From: Candidatus Sigynarchaeum calidifontis | GTDB lineage: Archaea; Asgardarchaeota; Lokiarchaeia; Sigyniarchaeales; Sigyniarchaeaceae | Direction: 5' to 3' | Assembly (NCBI GenBank): GCA_030587475.2 | Contig: JAUQYZ020000102.1 | Location: 26,012-90,011 of the forward strand | Length of the DNA: 64,000 nt | In this document: positions 57,125-64,000 of the stretch, in pieces | Layout: every line of letters starts with the position of its first letter | Position numbering within the stretch: the stretch's first letter is position 1 | Notes under the pieces: generated by a model | The model's input: the letters and a program-made list of their open reading frames with translations, nothing else | Database searches by the model: none | Told to the model about the DNA's origin: nothing | Made by a program: the position numbers and the translations under genes

Positions 57125-57188
57125 GCGCGTTCGTCTCTTGGTCAGGATGGAATATTCTCGGTGCTTGGTTGGCGTGTTCCTTCGCGGT

Positions 57189-57572
57189 TCAGATGCCTGG
57201 CGGGTTCTCGCCCGCGAGATCGACGTACAAGTTCGACCAGAGCCCCCTGTATTGCTCGAAAATGTTCGGGGGAAGCGGGTGGTGCGAATACAAGGTCTCT
57301 TCGAGGAGATGCACGAGCGGGTGGATGTTCCCGCCAGGTAATTTCCCGTTCTTGATGAGATCGGTGAAGTACTCTTTCACCGTCGCCGAGGGCGCCTTCT
57401 TCACGTCGTGCTTGTTCTCGATGATCCAAAAGATGATGTGGAGCAGATAGACCATCGCCTCCTTCTGCATCCCCTCGGAGAGCAAGAGCCGTACCGTGTC
57501 GAGTTTCCTCGCCGTGAACTGTCGCATGTCTTTCTGTGACCAGTAGACCTTCTTGCCTTCTTTCTTTGCCAT
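57189..57572 (-). CDS. Small DUF4129-like helical protein
   Basis: 'SATVKEY...LVHLLEETLYS.H' resembles the DUF4129 T..E...Y pattern and the C-terminus of the upstream gene. Confidence 0.65.
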   Translation of the reverse strand: MAKKEGKKVYWSQKDMRQFTARKLDTVRLLLSEGMQKEAMVYLLHIIFWIIENKHDVKKAPSATVKEYFTDLIKNGKLPGGNIHPLVHLLEETLYSHHPLPPNIFEQYRGLWSNLYVDLAGENPPGI

Positions 57573-57611
57573 GGTGATCATTTTTGCAGTGTCGAATTAT
57601 TATCGTTATCG

Positions 57612-60533
57612 TTACAAGGTGAACGTTTCTCGCGTGTCGCTCGTGATCGCCACGTAGAGCTTGCCGAGCAATCCCACGACGGCTGCCACGTGGTCCCGGG
57701 TGATGTTTTGGTTGCTATAGAGCCCTTCGATGACGGCCATCATGAACTTGAACGAGACGTCGCGGGGCAGGTTTTTCTCGTTCACGAGCATCTCGATGAA
57801 TTCCCGCACGGTCTCGCTCTCCTTCACCTCGTCGAGGTTGTACGCCCTCGTCGCTACCTCCACTAAAGTATGATAGCAATACGCGATGCCCTCCCGGTTC
57901 TTGCCCTCGGCCACGAGCTGGCGCACCAGGTCCAGCTTTTGCTGCATGTAACTGCGGATGAGGGCGAGTTCCTTCTTTTGCTGGATCTTCACGTAGGCAA
58001 GGCCAAGTAGAACGAGCCCCACGACAGCCACGGGGATGAGCCAGAGGATCCAGCCGAGTGGATCCGCGGCCACGACTTGGATGCTGTACGTGGTTGACGC
58101 GTAGACGCGTGATGGCGGGACAGCACCGCCGCTGTAATCCGTGCGCAAGTAAAACGCATAGGTCGATCCCGCGGCGGCAGCCGCCAAGTTCACGGGAAGG
58201 GCGAATGCACCAGCCGCGTCGGTCAATCCAGACGCGACCGGCAAGCCCGTCGATGCATCGACGACTTGCACGCGATAAAAACCCACGCGCGTGCCGAGGT
58301 GTGAGACCAGCACGCCAGAGATCGTGATCGAAGAACCTTGCGAGATGGATCCGAAGGCAGCAATTGGGATGCCGTTGATAGAGATTTCCGTGAAATTTAC
58401 CGCGCTCGGCGATGCCCACGGGTTAATGAACGTGATGGGATAGTTTGCCGTCGTCGCGTTATTGTATCCTGACAAGCATGCCTCGTTCACCGCGACCCGC
58501 AGGCTGTCCAATGAGGAATTGATGTAACCGCCCGGAAGCACGACGTGAAACAATCCCGAGGCGAGGGTGACACAATCGATGCTGGAATACGATATCGTGA
58601 GGCTCGTGTTGTAGGTGAGGTATACTTGGAGGTATAAGCCACCGACCCGCTGCGATATATTCCCGTCCAAGTGCAAGGGCTCGTCGGGGAATATTGGATT
58701 GGTGATATACGAGCCAAGCGTGATGTTGATATCTCGTAGCGGCCTGATTTGGATCAGATAGGAGCTTGAAACGCTGTAACCCGGCCCGCTGATGCCCCAG
58801 AGTTCCAGCGTGATCGCGTGGATGCCGGCGGGGGTTGTCCAATTCGTGGAGATATAGAACGAGAATGACCCGGTCGCGTCGAGATAGCATGCCAAGCCAG
58901 ACATGTTGGTTCCGTCCCAGTACACGTTGACCTGGCGGGACGGGATCGGCTTGTCGGGCTGGCTGAAGCCTCGCGCGTACGCGCGTCCGAACACGTGGAT
59001 GGGGTACGGCGGGCCTGGATACGTGGCGGTGTCCATGCCGGGGTCGAACACGAACACGGCGGTCTTGTATATCGGGACGGCGGTGAAGCCCGTGGCCGTG
59101 CCCACGTGTGGCCCCCGGCCAAGAAAGTCCACCGTGAAGTTCAGCGCGTCCAGGTTTTGGGCCGTGAAGTTGGCCAAAAACCCGCCGGTCGCGTTCGTTA
59201 TCACGTTCATCGAATCGAGCATCACCGCCCCGTTCCACAGCCTCACGATGACCGTGGCGCCGGTCACGAACCGGAGATAGTTCGGGGCCTCGTTCTCGCT
59301 CAAGATGCCCCGGATGATCACTCGCTCGTCTTTCCATGCAGGACGGGTCGTTATCGTGAGGCGAGTAGCTATCATGGGGCGAATGTAAAACGTGGCCGTG
59401 CCGTTCCGGCCGGCCACCGGCGCGTCGAGAGACGCCGTCACGATCAAGGTGGAATATGGCAAGCCCGTGGGTTCCGAGGCGTTTATCGTATACGGCAGCT
59501 GGTATTGTCCCAGGGCGTCGGTCATGCACGTTCCTATCAAGGTTCCCTTCCAATACACGCGGACGAGCTTGTTCTTGACGTTCCCATCCCCGCCGAAAAG
59601 GGTGCGATTGTAGGTGAACCGCCCGCTGATCGTGATGGTCGAATTAACGGGGGTCGGATTGGATGGTGCCGAAGCGGCGACATCGCCCGAGAAGTTGTGC
59701 GTGACCGAATCGATGAATTTAAAGCCCGGGATCGGAAACGAGCCCGCGTTGTAGTATCCGGTCTTCGGGACGTGGAGGACGAGCGACGTGTAATAGTTGC
59801 TGACGGGAGGAGTGACGTTGATCGTGAAAAAACCCGTTCCATCAGTTGGAGGCGAGGTGTAATTGGCAGTGTTGTTGAAACTCGCTTGCACGGGCACGCC
59901 GGGAGCCGGAAAACCCCCCGTGGTGAAGAGCCGGCCGCTTATCGAGAAGGCGTCGTTGATGAAGACCCCACCTGGCGTGTACTGGAGCGGCTGCGGGATG
60001 TTCACGTTGGCGGTGACGTTCACGATATAAGGGGCCGTGCCGCTGAATAGCGGGTCGTAAGTGTAGTTGTAGTTGGGGATGGGCGCGATACCGGCGGTGA
60101 TGGTCCAGTCCCCGACCGTGTGGTTGAGCGTGACCTGGTAGGAGAGCGTGAAGTTCCCCGTGCCGTTCGTGGTGGTCTGCACGATGTCGCCCGGCGCGGG
60201 CGTCTGGTGGATGAACGTGCCGTTCATGCGCAGCGCGACGGCCACGTTCGGCCATGGATCCCAGTTGGGCGGGTTGCTCACGTTCGCGACCGTGACATAC
60301 CCGCGCAGCACGAAATACCCGCCTTGCACCTGGGAATACGTGTTTATGCTCGTTAAATAAATGCGCGTGTTGTAGGATCCGGACGGCCGCACGATGCCTC
60401 CGATGCCGGTTTCGTTCGGGCTCGCGGGCGGTTCCCTGTTAGACGCGATGACCAGGGCCATGATGAACGCCATGGCGATGATTGGGAGGAAAGCCTTGCC
60501 CGCCCGTGCCGCGAGGTCTCGCTTCGTTCGCAT
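57612..60533 (-). CDS. Surface glycoprotein: signal anchor, about 7 Ig-like/macroglobulin-like repeats, TM and C-terminal DUF4129-like domain
   Basis: Repeated 'ISG.L...V.V......T...G.F' beta-sandwich units; more than 20 N-x-S/T sequons by eye; 'SETVREF...GLYS' tail. Confidence 0.78.
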   Translation of the reverse strand: MRTKRDLAARAGKAFLPIIAMAFIMALVIASNREPPASPNETGIGGIVRPSGSYNTRIYLTSINTYSQVQGGYFVLRGYVTVANVSNPPNWDPWPNVAVALRMNGTFIHQTPAPGDIVQTTTNGTGNFTLSYQVTLNHTVGDWTITAGIAPIPNYNYTYDPLFSGTAPYIVNVTANVNIPQPLQYTPGGVFINDAFSISGRLFTTGGFPAPGVPVQASFNNTANYTSPPTDGTGFFTINVTPPVSNYYTSLVLHVPKTGYYNAGSFPIPGFKFIDSVTHNFSGDVAASAPSNPTPVNSTITISGRFTYNRTLFGGDGNVKNKLVRVYWKGTLIGTCMTDALGQYQLPYTINASEPTGLPYSTLIVTASLDAPVAGRNGTATFYIRPMIATRLTITTRPAWKDERVIIRGILSENEAPNYLRFVTGATVIVRLWNGAVMLDSMNVITNATGGFLANFTAQNLDALNFTVDFLGRGPHVGTATGFTAVPIYKTAVFVFDPGMDTATYPGPPYPIHVFGRAYARGFSQPDKPIPSRQVNVYWDGTNMSGLACYLDATGSFSFYISTNWTTPAGIHAITLELWGISGPGYSVSSSYLIQIRPLRDINITLGSYITNPIFPDEPLHLDGNISQRVGGLYLQVYLTYNTSLTISYSSIDCVTLASGLFHVVLPGGYINSSLDSLRVAVNEACLSGYNNATTANYPITFINPWASPSAVNFTEISINGIPIAAFGSISQGSSITISGVLVSHLGTRVGFYRVQVVDASTGLPVASGLTDAAGAFALPVNLAAAAAGSTYAFYLRTDYSGGAVPPSRVYASTTYSIQVVAADPLGWILWLIPVAVVGLVLLGLAYVKIQQKKELALIRSYMQQKLDLVRQLVAEGKNREGIAYCYHTLVEVATRAYNLDEVKESETVREFIEMLVNEKNLPRDVSFKFMMAVIEGLYSNQNITRDHVAAVVGLLGKLYVAITSDTRETFTL

Positions 60534-60540
60534 TTTTTCA

Positions 60541-63500
60541 TCAACCGATGACTTGAGCAGTCGAGGGAAGCAGGACCACCGTGCCCGCGAAGGTGGCGAT
60601 GACCCGGATGAAATCGCTCGACAGTAGGACCTGCCGGGACGCTTGATAGCCGCCCGTGCTGTTTGTGGCTGTCATCAACGTGTCATATCCTTGCAGCGTG
60701 GCGCCGAGCCAGTATTCGATGCGAATGCTGATGGGCTGCCCGCTGATGCCTGTCCCGTTCAAGTACCGGAGGTTTCCAGAAATCGTTATGTTCTGGAAGA
60801 TCTCCACGGACTTGGGCGTGAAATCGACCGTGATCGTGGTGTTTACCACGTTCACGTTGATGCAGCCGGTCCACCTGTTCACCGCCACGTCGCCATCGAC
60901 GTCCGTGACCGTGAGCGTGACCGTGTGGCTGCCGGCCACCGTGTACTGGTGGAGCACGGACTTGCCCGTCGCGTTTGGCGTGCCGTCGCCGAAATTCCAC
61001 TGGTACGTCGCCGACGCGTTTCCCTCGCTACCCACGTGCACGAACTGGATGCTTTGACCGGGTGAAATTGTCATGGGTGAAAACGTGCCGTTCACCGTGA
61101 ACTCGGCAGTCGGATAGAGGTCGTTCGACACGACGATCTCGATCGGGTAGGTCGACGTGACCCCGTTCCCATCCGTGATCGAGAAGATCGCGGTATATGT
61201 TCCGATAGTCGTGTATTGGTGGACGACGGTCGAGACGTTGCCGGCCGTGAACCCGTCGCCGAAGACCCATGACCTGGTAGGAGGCGGGACGCCGGGATTG
61301 CCCGTGTGATTGAACCAGACTGACTGCCCGGGCTGGATGTGCGTGGCGTTGACGACGACGACCGGATCCGGCGCCGTGTACGGCGTGACCGTCACGACGA
61401 ACGGCCGCGTGACCGTGTCGACGTCGCCGTCCGCATCCGTGACCGTGAGCGTCACGTTGTACGTGCCGGGGGCCGAATAGTAGTGAACGGGATGCTCCAT
61501 CGTGGCATTCGGGGTACCATCGCCGAAGTACCATTGGTACGTGGCGGGGAGATCACCATTACTACCGGCGTGGATGAATTGGAGCGGTTGATATTGGGGA
61601 ACGGTTGGCGATATCGGGTAGAACCACGCGTCGGGGAAAAGATCCGGCGGGTTGTGCATGAAGATGATGGAACCGAGCGTGCCTTGCGACGTGAAGAGGC
61701 CGAGCTCGGTGATGACCGTGATCGAGAGGCTGAAGGTGCCGTTGGCCGCGAGCGTGAAGTTCCAGGCCTGGCTCGGGAGCGGCGGGATCGGCGCATCGAG
61801 GATCGCCGGCGTGCCATTGTTTATGTAATAAACACTGAACGACACGCTGGTGATGGCAGACCCGTTGACCGCCGTGTAATCGAGGATGAAGTTCGGGGAG
61901 GCTTGCTGCGAGTTGTTGGCGGGTGAATCGACGCTCACGAAATAGCCGGTCTCCTGGTTCACGATGAACGTGTGGACTTGCGACGGTACCGTGCCGCCCG
62001 TCGTGTGCATGAACGCCTGGACCGTGTGCGCGCCGGCGCTGCCCACGTTGAATGTCGTGTTGAGGAAATACCCGCCCGGGTAGCCCGGGATCGGCAATAG
62101 AAGGCCGAAGATCGATTGGTTGGCACCACCGTCGACCGAGTACGTGACGTCGGTGATCGTCACGTTGCTATGCATGCGGATATTAAGAGGAATGTTTGCT
62201 TGGGAGAACCGGATCTCGCCATCAGCGGGATTATCGATCCAGATGAATTCAGTCATGTTTCCAAGAAGGTCTTCAAGTATCTGCGTCGAGTTGAACCGTG
62301 GCAAGAATTCAAAGTTGATCCAGGCACTATCGGCGGGATCAGGCTCCGGGATCCATGCCTCGGCCCACGCGTACACGTTGGCGAGGGTCACGATGCCGTC
62401 GCCGTCCCAGTCGAGATATCCGGTGGCGATCCGGGCAGGGATGTCGAACGCCCGCGCGAGCATCGTGAACGCCGTGGCAAAGTCGTAGGGCGTCCCGCTC
62501 GCGTTGGGGTGCGTTGTCTTCGGCCGGCTGAGAAACCACTCGACCATGTCCTGGCCGGTGCCGGGCCGTTCTGGGAACGTGGTAAACACGTCGTAGTTCG
62601 CGTACAAGTACGCTTCTATGGCCTGGAGAATCTCATGGGCTGGATCGGACGCCTTGTCAAGGCCGAGCGTGGCATGCAAGTAGTCGTAGGCGGCCGTGAA
62701 GCGCGGGTGGGTGTTCAGGTACGGCGCGAGGTCCCGCGACGAACCAACGCCGGGGATCTGGAGGTATATCGCGTAAGGCGAGTACGGGATGCTCGGTCCA
62801 GGGGCGAGGCTGTTATAGGGGAAAATGCCGCCCTTGTAATTGGCCTCCCGCCAGGATGGCATGTTCCAGTCGTTCACGATGCGGTACGTGAAGTTGGTGG
62901 GCGCCGTGTACGACGGGAGCCCGTATGCCCGTACTTCGAGCCCGCCATACGCGTCGTTGTACAGCACCTCGTCGTCTTCGATGTCGTAGGTGCCGGAGCT
63001 CCCCACATAACGCATGGAATTGTCGACGTATTTCGGGGTGTACGGGAAGACCGGGATGCGCAGGTTGATCGTCTGCGTGCTTCCCGCGTTCATGATGAAC
63101 GTGACTTCCCGGTACGAGCTCGTGCCTTGATTGGCCAGGAAATCGCTGCGGGAATAGTCAACGGGTAGCAAGACCGTGCTGCTCTTGGACCACGCGGTTC
63201 CATCGGCCGCCATCGTGTCGTAGGTGTTTTGCCGCATCGCTTCTGGATACCCCGCGGGGAAACCCACGCCCCCGCCGACATCGTTGATGTAGAAAAGCGC
63301 GATGTTGAAGTTCGTGGGATCGAAGCCGGAGAAGTCGCCCTCGATGTCGAGGTTCTGCGGGTCGATATTGTCGCGCAGCATTTCCAACAACTGCTCCAGC
63401 AAGGCCTGGTTCTGCGGGTCAAACAGCCAACTCGGGATGTTGACGTTGACCGGGCAATAGTATTGGATCGGGTCCTGGTCATAATCCTCGTGGTCAAGAG

Positions 63501-63678
63501 GTAGCGGGTGGTGCGTGTTGTAGTTACCCCGCGACCCGCCAACGAGGAGATCAATGAGCCCGGGAATGAACATCCAAATCGCGAGCAAGATGCTGATCAT
63601 GATACCGCCCGCCACGAGCTTCTTGCCGAGATCCTTCTTCGTTAATTGCCCGATAAAGCCACGCTTGCGAAGCGACAT
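60541..63678 (-). CDS. Membrane-anchored transglutaminase-like (catalytic residues substituted) protein with Ig-like and three PKD domains
   Basis: 'DFATAFTMLARAFDIPARIATGY' and 'AWAE' TGase core; PKD motifs 'YQWYFGDGT..H.YSAPGTYNVTLTVTD', 'WVFGDG', 'YQWNFGDGT'. Confidence 0.85.
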   Translation of the reverse strand: MSLRKRGFIGQLTKKDLGKKLVAGGIMISILLAIWMFIPGLIDLLVGGSRGNYNTHHPLPLDHEDYDQDPIQYYCPVNVNIPSWLFDPQNQALLEQLLEMLRDNIDPQNLDIEGDFSGFDPTNFNIALFYINDVGGGVGFPAGYPEAMRQNTYDTMAADGTAWSKSSTVLLPVDYSRSDFLANQGTSSYREVTFIMNAGSTQTINLRIPVFPYTPKYVDNSMRYVGSSGTYDIEDDEVLYNDAYGGLEVRAYGLPSYTAPTNFTYRIVNDWNMPSWREANYKGGIFPYNSLAPGPSIPYSPYAIYLQIPGVGSSRDLAPYLNTHPRFTAAYDYLHATLGLDKASDPAHEILQAIEAYLYANYDVFTTFPERPGTGQDMVEWFLSRPKTTHPNASGTPYDFATAFTMLARAFDIPARIATGYLDWDGDGIVTLANVYAWAEAWIPEPDPADSAWINFEFLPRFNSTQILEDLLGNMTEFIWIDNPADGEIRFSQANIPLNIRMHSNVTITDVTYSVDGGANQSIFGLLLPIPGYPGGYFLNTTFNVGSAGAHTVQAFMHTTGGTVPSQVHTFIVNQETGYFVSVDSPANNSQQASPNFILDYTAVNGSAITSVSFSVYYINNGTPAILDAPIPPLPSQAWNFTLAANGTFSLSITVITELGLFTSQGTLGSIIFMHNPPDLFPDAWFYPISPTVPQYQPLQFIHAGSNGDLPATYQWYFGDGTPNATMEHPVHYYSAPGTYNVTLTVTDADGDVDTVTRPFVVTVTPYTAPDPVVVVNATHIQPGQSVWFNHTGNPGVPPPTRSWVFGDGFTAGNVSTVVHQYTTIGTYTAIFSITDGNGVTSTYPIEIVVSNDLYPTAEFTVNGTFSPMTISPGQSIQFVHVGSEGNASATYQWNFGDGTPNATGKSVLHQYTVAGSHTVTLTVTDVDGDVAVNRWTGCINVNVVNTTITVDFTPKSVEIFQNITISGNLRYLNGTGISGQPISIRIEYWLGATLQGYDTLMTATNSTGGYQASRQVLLSSDFIRVIATFAGTVVLLPSTAQVIG
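60850..61640 (-). repeat. Three tandem PKD-domain repeats (intragenic)
   Basis: W.FGDG and H.Y...G...V.LTVTD repeated three times; DNA repeat TCCGTGACCGTGAGCGT near 60902 and 61436. Confidence 0.8.
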
Positions 63679-64000
63679 GGTTCGACTCGACCAGGTATAT
63701 ACTCATTTAGAACACGGTATGTCGCGCTAATCGAGTCGATTGTAAAAATACTTTTTCCGCATGGACGGCAACATGCGGGATTGTTCAACGAATGGGCCAT
63801 GAGGAGAAAAACAAGGGAAAAAATAATCGGGAATGCGCATTTCATTCATCCGTCTTTTTAAAACCAGCCATCTCAGAACCGTTCCGGTTGCAGCGTAATG
63901 ATGGGAAAATTGTTCAATGGATGTTTCCCTTACACGATATTAACACGAGTGCTAACCGTGGCGGAATCTTTTAGTCCGTTAATCGAGACAGGATTAATGC

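Noticed and set aside
63679-64000. Small ORFs and AT-rich sequence at the window end
   Set aside because: Consistent with the promoter region of the MoxR operon; the short ORFs lack support.

Overview
Gene-dense, GC-rich archaeal chromosome segment of about 46 CDS. I found no tRNA, rRNA, CRISPR array or mobile element. Archaeal core genes (class I CCA enzyme, TyrRS, Trm1, TopA, TFE-beta, MptE, AglH) sit beside eukaryotic-signature-type genes (ribophorin I, OSTC/OST3-6-like, long Trm112, a Rab-like pseudo-GTPase fused to a solenoid, a C4HC3 RING-like protein) and a stand-alone EF-2 paralog. This combination points to an Asgard archaeon, probably Lokiarchaeia-related (inference). The strongest candidate for a new system is a three-gene minus-strand operon at 7663-9998. 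It encodes an AbrB-fold HgcC-like regulator, a class I SAM methyltransferase fused in frame to a complete HgcA-like corrinoid/membrane protein with a variant cap helix (GINVWCGARGG), and an HgcB-like ferredoxin. Nested inverted repeats lie over its TATA box. Other highlights: a non-canonical CooS with Glu at a C-cluster Cys position; a 7-gene MoxR/DUF58/DUF4350/DUF4129 surface operon headed by a transglutaminase-PKD protein lacking its catalytic triad; dispersed eukaryote-like N-glycosylation genes; and a probable ATA start codon in an ATAA overlap. All assignments come from reading motifs by eye; no database searches were run.
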